Assembly: GCA_964640125.1 (NCBI GenBank)
Contig: CAZXGG010000011.1
Span: 347 to 64,346 of the forward strand
DNA: 64,000 nucleotides
Source of the DNA: an uncultured Rikenellaceae bacterium
GTDB lineage: Bacteria > Bacteroidota > Bacteroidia > Bacteroidales > VadinHA17
Direction of reading: 5' to 3'
Position numbers and translations under genes: made by a program. A model generated the notes under the pieces. That model worked only from the letters and a program-made list of their open reading frames with translations. It had not been told where the DNA came from and ran no database searches. This document shows positions 39,152 to 50,007 of the stretch, in pieces (positions within the stretch are counted from its first letter, which is position 1; the number at the start of each line of letters is the position of its first letter).

Positions 39152-42100
39152 ATGTTGTCTCTAAGACTAGGTTTAATTGTGTCTCCACGAAGAATATTAA
39201 CTTTTATCTTTTTACTTTTATCTTTTATCTTCCTGAGCAAGGCACTAGCTCAGGCACCACAAGGCTTCAACTACCAAGCCGTTGCCCGGGATGATGGAGG
39301 AGAATTACTTGCCTCACAGTCCATTGATGTGAAGATCGGTATCCGGGCAGGGAGCGAGAGCGGTACCCTGGCATGGGAAGAGACCCATACGGTAACAACC
39401 AATGAGTACGGACTCTTTACCCTGGAGATCGGTGATCCCAATGCCCAGCAGGGCTCGGGATCAGCAGCAACCTTCAGTGAAATCGAGTGGAGCACCGGGG
39501 CACATTACCTGGAGGTCTCCATTAAGGTTGATGCCACTTTTATTCCGATGGGCACTTCAGAGTTACTCTCTGTTCCGTTTGCCCTGTTTGCAGAGGAGGG
39601 CAACGAGGGCCCACAGGGTCCGCAGGGACTCCAGGGTATCCAGGGGCCAAAAGGAGATACCGGTCCGGTGGGCCCACAGGGTGATCAGGGGCCGATCGGT
39701 CCGACCGGAGAGACCGGACCGCAGGGTCCCTTTGGAGATAAAGGGGACAAGGGAGATACCGGGGAAACCGGACCTGTAGGACCACAGGGTCCGAAAGGAG
39801 ACAAGGGAGATCCGGGAACAGGTCTGACCAACCGTGGTGCATGGATCAACGGGATGATAGTGAACGAAGGGGATTATGTGTTTGACCGTTCCACAGATGA
39901 TCCGTTGATCAATACGATGTGGATTTTTCAGGGTGCTCCATCCTATACTTCCACAACACAACCCTACCTGGATCTGGCTAACTGGATAGAATTTGAGGCA
40001 CCTGAAGGGCCTGAGGGTCTCCAGGGACCGGTCGGACCACAGGGACCGGAAGGACCGAAAGGGGATACGGGAGATACCGGACCGCAGGGACCTGTAGGTG
40101 CAACGGGACCGACGGGACCGCAGGGACCACAGGGAGATCCGGGTTTGCAAGGACCGCAGGGAGACCAGGGACCGCAAGGGGACCAGGGACCACAGGGCAC
40201 CCAGGGTATCCCGGGAGAACAAGGACCTGCAGGGCCGCAAGGGCCAAAAGGAGATAAAGGAGATCCTGGAGATCCGGCAACCGATGACCAGGACCTGAAC
40301 CTGTCAGGGGATATCCTGACTATCGATAACGGGGTGAATAACATCGACCTGTCCTATTATCTCGATAATACCGACAACCAGGGATTAAACCTGACAGGAG
40401 ATGTCCTGTCCATCGAAGGAGGATCGGGACTGGTCGACCTGTCACTTTATCGCGAAGATGCCGATCCGGACCCTGCCAACGAGTTGAACACAGGTGCAAC
40501 CCTGGCAGGAACTACCCTCCAGATCACCGATGCCGGGGGAACCATACCTGTAGACCTTAGTTCACTTAGGGATGAAACAGATCCAGTTTTCGGCATACAT
40601 GTGGCAAGCGGGATTTTATCCAGTGATATTACTAACTGGAATAATGCTTTTAGCTGGGGCAATCATGCTACAGTTGGATATCTTACAGAATTCATAGAAG
40701 TTGATGGTGATATTTCCAATGAGCTCCAGGACCTTAATCTAACCGAAAATACCCTTAGCCTGACCAATAGCGGAAGTACCATTGATCTCTCAGGCTACCT
40801 CGACAACACAAACTACTGGGTGGAGAATAGTGATACCATTTATTACCTGGGCGGCAATGTAGGGATTGGAACCACATCCCCACAGGGAAAGCTTGAGGTG
40901 CAGGGTGACGGGCTGGAAGTACCCGATGAACCCCTGTTTGAGGTGAAACGACAGGACGGACAAACGGTCTTTGCCGTGTACCCTGAGGGTGTTCGGATCT
41001 ATGTTGAAGAGTCAGAAGCAAAAGGGACCAAAGGGGGATTTGCCATTGGTGGATTTAACCCGGCAACAAAAGACATAACCAACGAATACCTTCGCGTCAC
41101 ACCCGACAGTGTGAGGATATATGTCAACGATGAAGATACAAAAGGAACGAAAGGAGGATTTGCCGTGGGCGGATACAGCCCTCTGACAAAGGGAATTACA
41201 AACGAATACCTGAGAGTATCCCCGGACAGTGTTCGTGTGTATGTCGATGGTGATGCAACAAAAGGAACCAAGGGCGGATTTGCAATCGGTGGTATCCGAC
41301 CGTTTAAGGGTCCCGAAGAGGAGTACCTGCGGGTTACTCCGGATAGTGTCAGGGTCTATATCAACGACGAAACTGTTAAAGGAACCAAAGGAGGATTTGC
41401 TATTGGCGGGTACAGTCCGTTGACAAAGGGTATCACCAGGGAATTCCTGCGTGTTACGGATGACAGTACACGGGTATACGTTGATAACGAATCAACAAAA
41501 GGAACAAAAGGAGGATTTGCTGTAGGAGGTTACAGCCCGGTCACTAAAGCACCTGCTACTGGTTTTATGCATATGACAAAGGATAATTATTTTATCGGGC
41601 ATGAGAGTGGTAGTGCTACTACTGCAGGACTTTACAACTCATTTATTGGTTATGAAGCAGGTCGTTCAAATACACAGGGAAGTAATAATGTATTGTTGGG
41701 TTATAGAAGCGGATATAATAACCTCTCGGGTAACAAAAACGTATTCCTTGGAACCCATGCCGGGTATAACAATAGTTCTGGATTTGAAAATGTTTTTATT
41801 GGTGATAGCAGTGGTTTCAACAATGCAACAGGGGAATTGAATATTTTCATGGGCAGGGCGAGTGGAGTTTCTAATTCTGATGGTGATTATAATATTTTTA
41901 TAGGATCGAAAAGTGGATATAAAAACACAAATGGATATATGAACACCTTCCTGGGTACCTGGAGCGGGTACAGGAATACAACCGGATACGATAATGTATT
42001 TATCGGCAATCTATCAGGATATATGAATGACCCGGGTTATCAAAACGTTTTTATTGGCAGCAATAGTGGCGTATATAGTGTTAACGGGGATAATAATGTG

Positions 42101-43459
42101 TTTTTGGGTTGTTATTCAGGTCATCAGAATTCCTATGGAAATTCCAATGTCTACCTGGGATTTGCTGCAGGATATTCGAACGGTTCAGGCAGCCAGAATA
42201 TTTTTATCGGTAATTATGCCGGATCCAACGAAACCGGATCCAACAAACTTTATATCGATAACAGTTCAACCGCTAACCCCCTGATTTTTGGTGACTTCAG
42301 TTCCAATAGCCTGATCATTAACGGCAGTTTTCAAGTAACAGGAACCGTATATGACGATGATGGGGACGCCGGGATATCAGGGCAGGTGCTTTCCAGTACT
42401 GGAGCAGGGACAAACTGGATCACTGCTACCGGGGGTTCAGGTGACGGACATTCTCTTGATGCTGCCGATGGTTCCCCGGTTGATGCAGTATATGTGAATA
42501 ACAATGGTGATGTAGGTATTGGCACAACATCACCTGTCAGCAAAGTGGATGTTGCCGGTGCAATAAATCTTAACAAGGGTATTCTTGGGGCATCAGCACT
42601 GTTTGTCAATTCAGCCCAGGCATTATGGTACAATGGAACCTATTTCAGCTGGGGTTATGGAGGTCAACATAACTATTTTGCCGACCGGGTTGGGATTGGT
42701 ACTGCATCACCAACCTACAACCTTCATGTAGAGGATAATACAGCATCAAATGATAATCCGGCAATATACGGAAAACATGCTGTTACCGATTACTATGGAA
42801 TCGGGGTACAGGGTGAAGGAAAGTACATAGGAGTATACGGTGTCAATAATACAGCATCGGTGTCAGGGTATGGTGTATATGGTCAGGCATATGGCAGCGG
42901 CACAGGTACCAGGTATGGGATTTATGGAACAGCAAGCGGCGGAGATGTAGCATATGCAGGTTATTTTGCAGGAAACGTGCACGTTACGGGAACACTTTCA
43001 AAAAGTGCCGGATCATTTAAGATCGATCATCCCCTCGATCCGAAAAACAGGTACCTCTCCCATTCATTTGTTGAAAGCCCGGATATGAAAAACCTGTATG
43101 ATGGGATCGTAGTGCTGAATGGAGCCGGGAAAGCCATTGTGGAACTTCCCGTTTGGTTTGAAGAACTGAATATGGAATTCCGCTATCAGCTCACAGCCAT
43201 TGGAGGGCCAGGACCAAACCTTTATATTTCCTCGGAAGTATCCGGCAACCAATTTGAAATTGCCGGAGGTGAACCGGGCTTGAAAGTATCCTGGCAGGTC
43301 ACCGGCATCAGAAAAGATCCCTATGCAGAAAAATACAGGATACAGGTTGAAGAAGAAAAAGCACCCGGGGAAAGGGGATATTACCTGCACCCGGAGTTGT
43401 ATAATGAAAGTAAAGAAAAAGGATTGGATTTTGCAACACGGAAACCGATCAATAAATAA
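39152..43459 (+). CDS. large secreted mosaic protein: two collagen-like Gly-X-Y tracts, five 40-aa repeats, YadA-head-like N-x-F-x-G repeats, conserved C-terminal domain (tail-fibre-like architecture)
   Basis: The ORF is open from 39038. ATG 39152 gives the signal peptide [35 protein letters not shown]. Gly-X-Y tracts lie at about 39605-39823 and 40001-40273. The [10 protein letters not shown]...YLRV.PDSVR.YV unit occurs five times (about 40955-41572). About 16 NVF.G..SGY.N repeats follow (about 41588-42262). VGIGTTSP motifs are present. Confidence 0.85.
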   Translation: MLSLRLGLIVSPRRILTFIFLLLSFIFLSKALAQAPQGFNYQAVARDDGGELLASQSIDVKIGIRAGSESGTLAWEETHTVTTNEYGLFTLEIGDPNAQQGSGSAATFSEIEWSTGAHYLEVSIKVDATFIPMGTSELLSVPFALFAEEGNEGPQGPQGLQGIQGPKGDTGPVGPQGDQGPIGPTGETGPQGPFGDKGDKGDTGETGPVGPQGPKGDKGDPGTGLTNRGAWINGMIVNEGDYVFDRSTDDPLINTMWIFQGAPSYTSTTQPYLDLANWIEFEAPEGPEGLQGPVGPQGPEGPKGDTGDTGPQGPVGATGPTGPQGPQGDPGLQGPQGDQGPQGDQGPQGTQGIPGEQGPAGPQGPKGDKGDPGDPATDDQDLNLSGDILTIDNGVNNIDLSYYLDNTDNQGLNLTGDVLSIEGGSGLVDLSLYREDADPDPANELNTGATLAGTTLQITDAGGTIPVDLSSLRDETDPVFGIHVASGILSSDITNWNNAFSWGNHATVGYLTEFIEVDGDISNELQDLNLTENTLSLTNSGSTIDLSGYLDNTNYWVENSDTIYYLGGNVGIGTTSPQGKLEVQGDGLEVPDEPLFEVKRQDGQTVFAVYPEGVRIYVEESEAKGTKGGFAIGGFNPATKDITNEYLRVTPDSVRIYVNDEDTKGTKGGFAVGGYSPLTKGITNEYLRVSPDSVRVYVDGDATKGTKGGFAIGGIRPFKGPEEEYLRVTPDSVRVYINDETVKGTKGGFAIGGYSPLTKGITREFLRVTDDSTRVYVDNESTKGTKGGFAVGGYSPVTKAPATGFMHMTKDNYFIGHESGSATTAGLYNSFIGYEAGRSNTQGSNNVLLGYRSGYNNLSGNKNVFLGTHAGYNNSSGFENVFIGDSSGFNNATGELNIFMGRASGVSNSDGDYNIFIGSKSGYKNTNGYMNTFLGTWSGYRNTTGYDNVFIGNLSGYMNDPGYQNVFIGSNSGVYSVNGDNNVFLGCYSGHQNSYGNSNVYLGFAAGYSNGSGSQNIFIGNYAGSNETGSNKLYIDNSSTANPLIFGDFSSNSLIINGSFQVTGTVYDDDGDAGISGQVLSSTGAGTNWITATGGSGDGHSLDAADGSPVDAVYVNNNGDVGIGTTSPVSKVDVAGAINLNKGILGASALFVNSAQALWYNGTYFSWGYGGQHNYFADRVGIGTASPTYNLHVEDNTASNDNPAIYGKHAVTDYYGIGVQGEGKYIGVYGVNNTASVSGYGVYGQAYGSGTGTRYGIYGTASGGDVAYAGYFAGNVHVTGTLSKSAGSFKIDHPLDPKNRYLSHSFVESPDMKNLYDGIVVLNGAGKAIVELPVWFEELNMEFRYQLTAIGGPGPNLYISSEVSGNQFEIAGGEPGLKVSWQVTGIRKDPYAEKYRIQVEEEKAPGERGYYLHPELYNESKEKGLDFATRKPINK
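39200..39232 (+). repeat. 32-nt T-rich word, copy 3, inside the collagen-like ORF (encodes [12 protein letters not shown])
   Basis: acttttatctttttacttttatcttttatcttc, identical to the minus-strand reading of 34979-35011. Confidence 0.85.
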
Positions 43460-43725
43460 GTGATTTGGGTGTAATTCAAAATGCACCCGGTAGCTGTTGC
43501 TATTTATAAATTTGGTGCTTCTGCCTCGGTAAAAGCTTGGAATGTATTTTTAGCTCTGTAGGAGCTTTCTAAGTCTTTTCCTTTGCCTTTGCCGACGATT
43601 GGAGGCAAATGTAGAAACCTTAGCCTATTAGACCATTGTGATATCCAGGGTTGTAATCTTCTCCTCCAGGATTTGTAAGCTTTTCAAAGAACGCACAAAA
43701 AGCCCACACCGACTGAACTCCTTCG

Positions 43726-44295
43726 TTAGAATCCGCTGGCCCCACCCGAAACAATAAATTTCATTATGTCTCCGGATGATGCATTAAGGGGTCTTACATG
43801 CTCAATGGGTACAATAAACAGCTCTCCTGAAAAATTATATGAATGGGGAAAATAAACAGCCACTTTTTTATCCTTAACTCCCAGGCTTGAAAGGTCTTCC
43901 TGTGTAAGAAAGCCCAGTTTCTCCAAATTGGACAGGTGGTTTACCCTTACCATAACGGGATTACTGAATTTTTTTCCCTTACCCACAAAAGCGGATAACA
44001 GATCACTGATAGCTACATAAATCCAGTTAATCAGAGGAACTTTTTCCAGGAGTTCTGATGCCAATAACTTAACCGGCCTCGCAATGATGGTTTGTCCGAT
44101 AATTCCAACAAGTATGATAAGCAGTATCACGGCCAGCAGGTTAATGCCAGGGATGTTGACCGGCAAAAGGGGATCGATGTATTTATCAAGTAACCGGTCA
44201 ATAAATGTAAAGACCAAGTAGACAATATATGCAGTCACTCCCAGTGGTGCAATGTAGATCAATCCCTGAATGAAATACCTTACGATTTTTTTCAT
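43726..44295 (-). CDS. DUF502 family membrane protein
   Basis: 189 aa with two N-terminal TM helices and an ..GQTIIARP...PL.N.IY pattern typical of DUF502. Confidence 0.7.
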   Translation of the reverse strand: MKKIVRYFIQGLIYIAPLGVTAYIVYLVFTFIDRLLDKYIDPLLPVNIPGINLLAVILLIILVGIIGQTIIARPVKLLASELLEKVPLINWIYVAISDLLSAFVGKGKKFSNPVMVRVNHLSNLEKLGFLTQEDLSSLGVKDKKVAVYFPHSYNFSGELFIVPIEHVRPLNASSGDIMKFIVSGGASGF

Positions 44296-44670
44296 GATAT
44301 GGTGTTTTATCTGTCAGTATTCTATTAATGCAAATGCAATTCTGTTGTTTTGATGCCTTATGGTGTTATTCTGTGATAATTGTGATCGGTCATTATCTCA
44401 AGGTTGGATAAAATGTTCCTTCACATGTTCTAACCCGAACGATCCGGGAAAGAACACCACGCTGATAACATCCATGCGATTTATAAGGCTTTTTAAAGTT
44501 ATAAAAATCCTTCCGTTTTTTTATCTTCCGTTACATAACATTGTAATGATAAAATGAGTAACTTTATATGAAATCACAACTTTAATATAAGCCCAGTTTA
44601 GTTCTGATTTATTTTACAACACACAGTGAAAGTACTGAGTAATAAAATTTTTGTTAAACTAAAAACCTGA

Positions 44671-45660
44671 TTGAACATGCATGGAATAGGATTATATATT
44701 GTAGTTATTGTCGGGGCGTTAGTCCTCCTGTGGATCATCCTTTATTTTATCCCGATCGGATTATGGTTTCAGGCATTGGTTTCGGGAGTAAGAATCTCCC
44801 TATTGCAATTAATCTTTATGAGATGGAGAAAAGTCCCTCCATCGATGATTGTAATTGCCCTGATTGAAGGTACAAAGGCTGGATTGGTACTTAACAGGGA
44901 TGACCTTGAGGCTCACTACCTTGCCGGAGGAAGAGTTCAAAAGGTTGTCCATTCGCTGGTTTCTGCTTCCAAAGCGAATATCGATTTGCCTTTCCAGATG
45001 GCAACTGCCATCGACCTGGCAGGCCGTGATGTATTTGAAGCCGTGCAGATGTCTGTTAATCCGAAGGTTATAGATACACCGCCGGTTACAGCTGTTTCAA
45101 AGGACGGTATCCAGCTGATTGCCAAGGCCAGGGTAACTGTACGAGCCAATATTAGGCAGCTGGTTGGCGGGGCTGGGGAGGAAACCGTCCTGGCCCGGGT
45201 TGGTGAAGGAATCGTTTCCTCCATTGGTTCATCCAATTCACATAAGTCCGTACTGGAGAATCCTGATTCCATATCAAAAGTAGTTCTTGAAAAAGGCCTT
45301 GACGCAGGAACTGCTTTTGAAATCCTTTCAATTGATATTGCGGATATTGATATCGGTAAAAATATTGGTGCAGTTTTACAGATGGACCAGGCGAATGCCG
45401 ATAAGAATATTGCCCAGGCAAAAGCGGAGCAGAGAAGGGCCATGGCTATAGCAGTGGAACAGGAAATGATAGCAAAAGCACAGGAAGCCCGGGCCAAGGT
45501 GATTGAAGCCGAAGTCCAGGTCCCGCTGGCCATGGCAGAAGCTTTCCGCCAGGGAAACCTGGGTATCATGGATTACCCGAGGATGAAGAATACCCAAGCG
45601 GATAGCGGGATGAGAGACTCCATTGCCAGGCCAGGCCGCGGTAGTTCGAAAAAAGATTAA
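44671..45660 (+). CDS. floA: flotillin-like protein FloA (UPF0365/YqfA family)
   Basis: 329 aa with N-terminal [35 protein letters not shown] and an SPFH domain followed by an Ala/Glu-rich coiled tail. The start is TTG 44671 or ATG 44677. Confidence 0.85.
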   Translation: MNMHGIGLYIVVIVGALVLLWIILYFIPIGLWFQALVSGVRISLLQLIFMRWRKVPPSMIVIALIEGTKAGLVLNRDDLEAHYLAGGRVQKVVHSLVSASKANIDLPFQMATAIDLAGRDVFEAVQMSVNPKVIDTPPVTAVSKDGIQLIAKARVTVRANIRQLVGGAGEETVLARVGEGIVSSIGSSNSHKSVLENPDSISKVVLEKGLDAGTAFEILSIDIADIDIGKNIGAVLQMDQANADKNIAQAKAEQRRAMAIAVEQEMIAKAQEARAKVIEAEVQVPLAMAEAFRQGNLGIMDYPRMKNTQADSGMRDSIARPGRGSSKKD

Positions 45661-45707
45661 TGGTTAAGATTGCCGTTAAAGAAGCTGTATTAAAAGTGAA
45701 ATTAGCC

Positions 45708-45742
45708 ACGGAGAACGCAGAATCGGGTTCTCCGTAGTTTTT
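45708..45742 (+). terminator. rho-independent terminator after floA
   Basis: acggagaac-gcagaatcgg-gttctccgt followed by agttttt. Confidence 0.7.
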
Positions 45743-45884
45743 GGGGGAGTATTGTTTTGTCAATTATAAAAACGGACAAATAAGAATCCAACGTAGGCAT
45801 AACCCACCGGGGTCGGTTTTGATGCCATCGATAGGCCATTTTTCCCGAAGTAATTATTCTCAAAAAGCCTAATACCATTTTCTT

Positions 45885-47276
45885 TCATAACTTCGTTACA
45901 CAGTCGCACCTATTGCCTATGTGTCGTTTGAAAGCCGCGTATGTTTCACAACTCAGCTGAGAATTTTTCCTGAATGAGAGATTACCCACCAGGCTGATCA
46001 GTGGTTGGCGTCGACCCCACAGGTTGCCCCAAACCCGGCGCAGAATGCGCGGCAAAGAATAGAAGGTCCGGTCGCAGGAAAGCATCTCGTCACAGATACC
46101 ATCTAGGGACAGATGCTTATACCGGGCAACCGGGAAAGTCAGCGTGTAATATTTCCAGTCTTCCGGGAATGTATCGAGAGTGATGCGGCCCTCCGCTTTC
46201 ATCTGGTCCCACAGGCGTGTGCCGGGCAAGGGTGTCAGAAACAGCGTGTTGAGATTGTCCAAGCCATACTGGCTGGCCGCCTTGGCGATGCGTTTTCCGA
46301 TGCCCGGTTCATCCACGTCCAAACCGATGATAAAGGAACCCACAACCATGATTCCGTACTGTTGGATGCGCCGCACAGAGGCCCGAGAGTTCCGGCCCTT
46401 CAGAAAATTGAACTTCTTGCTGAGTTCCCGAAGCCCCTCCAACGTTGGTGACTCGAAGCCGATGAAGATGCCCCGGCAGCCCGCCTTCGCAGCCAACGCC
46501 AGGAGTTCTTCGTCATCGGCGAAGTTGATCGTGGCTTGTGCGACCCATTCTTTATTCAGTTTCGCCTTCACCATGGCTCGAAACAGGTTCTTGGCGCGGG
46601 CGATGTGTTCAGGACGCGTGCCCACGAGGTTATCGTCCACTACCAGTACGCGTTTCTCTCGGATCAGCTGAAATTCCCGAACGACGTCCTCAATGGATCG
46701 CATTCGGTAGTGGGCCCCGTTGAACGCTGTTACACTGCAGAAACTACAGTTCAAGGGACAGCCGCGCGTGGTCTGAATAGCTCCGAAGTCATATCCTGTA
46801 GCCAACAAATCATGACGAGCGGCTGGGATATCGCTTATCTCAGCGAGCCCTCCGTCATACCGGCGTTTCAGGCAGCCATGCCGAGCGTCCTCCAGCACCT
46901 GAGGCCAGATGCCTTCGCCTTCCCCCGTGACAACCGAGTCTGTATGCTCCATGGCTTCGTCCAAGCACATGGTTGCGTGAATGCCGCCCATGACGACGGG
47001 TACACACAGACGCCGGAAGTAAGCGGCCACCTCATAGGCCCTGTTCGCCTGTGAGGTGAAAGCAGTGATGCCCACCAGATCTGGTAGAGGCATCGATGGA
47101 TAATCCGGAGCACCGAAGTTTTCGTCAACGATCGAGATTTCCCACTCCGGCGGGGTCAGGCCTGCAAGAACCATAAGGCTGAGCGGTTTCCACACCCGGT
47201 AACGATTCCAGCGATTTTCCCTGATTCTGAGGATGTTGACTAGCGGGTTCGAAGGATTGATCAAATATAGTCGCAT
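45885..47276 (-). CDS. B12-binding domain radical SAM protein (DUF4070-type C-terminus), orphan
   Basis: 463 aa with an N-terminal cobalamin-binding-like domain (LYLINPSNP...LSLMVLAGLTP), the radical SAM cluster motif GCPLNCSFCSV, and a C-terminal ...YSLPRILRRVW tail. Visibly higher GC than its neighbours. Confidence 0.8.
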   Translation of the reverse strand: MRLYLINPSNPLVNILRIRENRWNRYRVWKPLSLMVLAGLTPPEWEISIVDENFGAPDYPSMPLPDLVGITAFTSQANRAYEVAAYFRRLCVPVVMGGIHATMCLDEAMEHTDSVVTGEGEGIWPQVLEDARHGCLKRRYDGGLAEISDIPAARHDLLATGYDFGAIQTTRGCPLNCSFCSVTAFNGAHYRMRSIEDVVREFQLIREKRVLVVDDNLVGTRPEHIARAKNLFRAMVKAKLNKEWVAQATINFADDEELLALAAKAGCRGIFIGFESPTLEGLRELSKKFNFLKGRNSRASVRRIQQYGIMVVGSFIIGLDVDEPGIGKRIAKAASQYGLDNLNTLFLTPLPGTRLWDQMKAEGRITLDTFPEDWKYYTLTFPVARYKHLSLDGICDEMLSCDRTFYSLPRILRRVWGNLWGRRQPLISLVGNLSFRKNSQLSCETYAAFKRHIGNRCDCVTKL

Positions 47277-47438
47277 AGCTTATATTTTCTCACAGCTGAT
47301 GATTAACTTGTCTCCAGCTTTCGCTCACTGTCGTTTTTGTGCATGGATTGTCGTAATTCATATTCATTGGCCTGACATATATTCTGCTACCAATTTATAT
47401 ATAATATGATTGTTTACAATAAAATTCATTTTATTAAT

Positions 47439-47576
47439 TCAATCATCGAGAATTATTTGTTGCTCAATTACCCTGAGCAATCTTCTGAAATTAAAAGCTG
47501 CAGTGGATAAAATAGCATTCATATCATCCCCAATCGTCCCTCTCAGATAGTTCCTGGCTATTCTCTGATAAATCCC
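47439..47576 (-). pseudogene. C-terminal remnant of an IS5-family DDE transposase
   Basis: Minus-strand hand translation is GIYQRIARNYLRGTIGDDMNAILSTAAFNFRRLLRVIEQQIILDD*. The G..GD..NAIL..AAFNF..LL motif is the typical IS5-family C-terminus. An in-frame stop lies immediately upstream, so only about 45 codons survive. Confidence 0.5.
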
Positions 47577-47901
47577 CTAATGACAGAGAAGGCACAGTAG
47601 ACTGGCAGCAAGCAGAGGCGGGGGAGTTCATTTTATCTGTGGTTGCTGTGGCCCCTGGTTTTCAGTTAAAAAAATTTCTTTATTTGCAGTGCAAGTACGA
47701 AGGATTATTTCACAGGGTCGCCATGGGCTGCAATATGACGCTCTTGCCTCCGGCAGACAGGCCGTTGGAGGTAAAATACAAATAATTATTATTAAAAAAA
47801 GATATCATCTACCAGACAATCATTCGATTCGTTACCCTTCAAGATTGCATTGTAGATAATTAGCCGATACCTCAATCGCCCGCCAGGGCGAAAAAATGGC
47901 T

Positions 47902-48759
47902 TTACTTCCCGTTCCACCCTGCGATGCGTGCCCAGAGATGCCAGGCGGCATAGGCCTTCATGTTGGCGTTAAGCGGTTGACTGTGCGCTGAGCTGCAACT
48001 GTACCAGTCGACACCCAGGGTGTGCGTATTCTGCCATTCAATAGCCCAGTTGGCATCCACCGTACCATTACCATCGCTATCATAATCACAGTTATCATTT
48101 GGTTTTTTATCACCAAAATACATCCCGTCAGGATTATAGGATTCGATGTCTGCGAAATCATAGAGGAATTTCTTATTGGTACTGCAGTAATCCCTGATCT
48201 GTTCATTTCGAAGGTGGAGGTTGCCTGTTAGTCCCGTACCGTCAAGATGTCCGGTCATGTAGACAAACGTGACGCCTGGAAAATCTTCTTCAAGACCTGT
48301 CATCAGGTTGAGGTAGGTGTTTATATCGGCTTCCGTAGCCGTGGATACCTGTCCGCACCACGACCAGATGATGACATTCACATCTGTATTTTCCGCCAGG
48401 TACGTTCTTGTCCTGTCAGCCCATGATGTCCGGTCAGGATTACCCAGATCTCCCGTCATAGCATAATCATGCAGATCCAACACCCCGTTGGTTCCCCCGT
48501 TATTCCAGGCATAGGTATTGCCTTTGAATGATACCAGTCCTGTCATGCCATCCGTAACCTGGCTGCCGTGTGAGGTGTGACCGTAAGCAATGTGAAGATC
48601 TGATTTTGCGGCAGCGATCCAGTCGGAGGGAATAACATCAAGGTCAATGCAGGAATGGTCAATTACCGGGTCTTGTACAACCGTGAGATCATCGTCCTCG
48701 CTGCAGGCAGTAAAGAGCAGCATCATTAAGATGATCAGGAAAGATGCCTGTTGTTTCAT
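47902..48759 (-). CDS. hypothetical lipoprotein
   Basis: The start at M12 gives MKQQASFLIILMMLLFTAC (lipobox). The globular part has no recognised motif. Confidence 0.6.
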   Translation of the reverse strand: MKQQASFLIILMMLLFTACSEDDDLTVVQDPVIDHSCIDLDVIPSDWIAAAKSDLHIAYGHTSHGSQVTDGMTGLVSFKGNTYAWNNGGTNGVLDLHDYAMTGDLGNPDRTSWADRTRTYLAENTDVNVIIWSWCGQVSTATEADINTYLNLMTGLEEDFPGVTFVYMTGHLDGTGLTGNLHLRNEQIRDYCSTNKKFLYDFADIESYNPDGMYFGDKKPNDNCDYDSDGNGTVDANWAIEWQNTHTLGVDWYSCSSAHSQPLNANMKAYAAWHLWARIAGWNGK

Positions 48760-49360
48760 GGTGAAAATGGTCATTTCTAAAATTGATATCATACTGTTCA
48801 GTTAAACGCTGGAAACAACCCAAAGGTTGCATAGGGGAAATTCAGTTTTCGGTTCCCAGTCACGAGAAACTCTGTCCGCCTTCGGTGGATCACTTATTTT
48901 CTCGAGGATCCTCTGCCAAAGGCATTCCTTATCGCCCGAAGGGCGAAAAAAAGGGCTATGTCTCAATTAACTTATCCAGGGATGCCTGCCCGACCGGCAG
49001 GCGGGCCTATGGCACAACTTTTAACAAATAACCATGCTATCGCAAGGACACCCTGGGCTGTTATCTTACGACCCCTTGGCCATGTGAAATAACGTTAATC
49101 CTGAGCGCTGTGTTATTGTAAGGCATTATTTTACATGGTTGGGGCTTTTTATGATACTATTCCTTAGCCTTCTTTTATGCATTTCAGGCATTCTACCGAA
49201 GGCATCTGCTATGGAACATGGCAATGCCACCTTTTTAAGAGTCCTTCGGACAATAGTAATTCCATAGTAATTCAATGGTAATTCTCCGTAGGAGTCTCCC
49301 AAAGGATCCCGGGACAATCCCAGTTCTCAGTTCCTAAACCCTGAACTCTGTACTCTTTTT

Positions 49361-49503
49361 GTCTCATCGTCACACAGTCCCCCAGTCACATCATCTCTTT
49401 TTTTTACCGAGCACCGAGGACCAAGTACCGAGTACCTTTTTCTTCTCACCTCTCCTCCTCCCAAAGTCTCACTATCAACTCTGTACACTGTACTCCCTCA
49501 TCC
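49361..49503 (+). repeat. TCAC-type C/T-rich tract abutting the ferritin stop codon, includes the 43-nt module
   Basis: gtctcatcgtcacacagtcccccagtcacatcatctc-T8-accgagcaccgaggaccaagtaccgag...ctcacctctcctcctcccaaagtctcactatc... Confidence 0.75.
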
Positions 49504-50007
49504 CTATTCTTCAGCGGATTCTTCTTCCCGCATGCTCATGATATCGCGGTCGAACATGTACATGTTCTTGTCACCAATCAGGTTCAGCTTGTCAATGATT
49601 GCCTGTACGGAAGATTCTTCTTCAATCTGCTCGGCGACAAACCACTGGATCCAGTTGTGGGTTGTATAATCCTTCTCTACCATACAGAGTGCGACAATAT
49701 CGTTGATGGATTTTGAGATGTACTGTTCGTGCTTCAGGATATCCGCAAACATCTGCTTGATGCCCGTGTACTCTTCGGGCGGTTTCTTGAAAGCGGGAAT
49801 AACCACACGACCTCCCCTTTCATTGATGTAGGAGATGAATTTCAGCATGTGCATTTTTTCTTCATCTGCCTGGGCATACAGCCATTTTGCAACCCCGGCA
49901 TACCCTTTGTTCTCTGCCCAGGCAGCCATTGCCAGGTATAAATGGGATGAGTATCCCTCCTTTTCAACCTGCTTATTGCAGATTGTTTCGATTTTTTTTG
50001 ATAACAT
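49504..50007 (-). CDS. ftnA: non-heme ferritin
   Basis: 167 aa with ferroxidase-centre residues in QVEKEGYSSHLYLAMAAW...EEKMHMLKF... Confidence 0.88.
   Translation of the reverse strand: MLSKKIETICNKQVEKEGYSSHLYLAMAAWAENKGYAGVAKWLYAQADEEKMHMLKFISYINERGGRVVIPAFKKPPEEYTGIKQMFADILKHEQYISKSINDIVALCMVEKDYTTHNWIQWFVAEQIEEESSVQAIIDKLNLIGDKNMYMFDRDIMSMREEESAEE

Noticed and set aside
39540-40344. Several 100-225-aa minus-strand ORFs and a plus-frame ORF inside the collagen-like region.
   Set aside because: They are artefacts of the GC-rich triplet-periodic Gly-X-Y coding sequence, which keeps other frames open. The translations are Pro/Arg/Ser low-complexity.
39038-43459. Prophage or tailocin region inferred from the tail-fibre-like protein.
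   Set aside because: There is no integrase, terminase, capsid, baseplate or lysis gene within the window. The neighbours are ordinary chromosomal genes.
44937-45569. 210-aa minus-strand ORF inside floA.
   Set aside because: It is antisense to the Ala/Glu-rich FloA tail. It is an Ala/Ser-rich shadow ORF.
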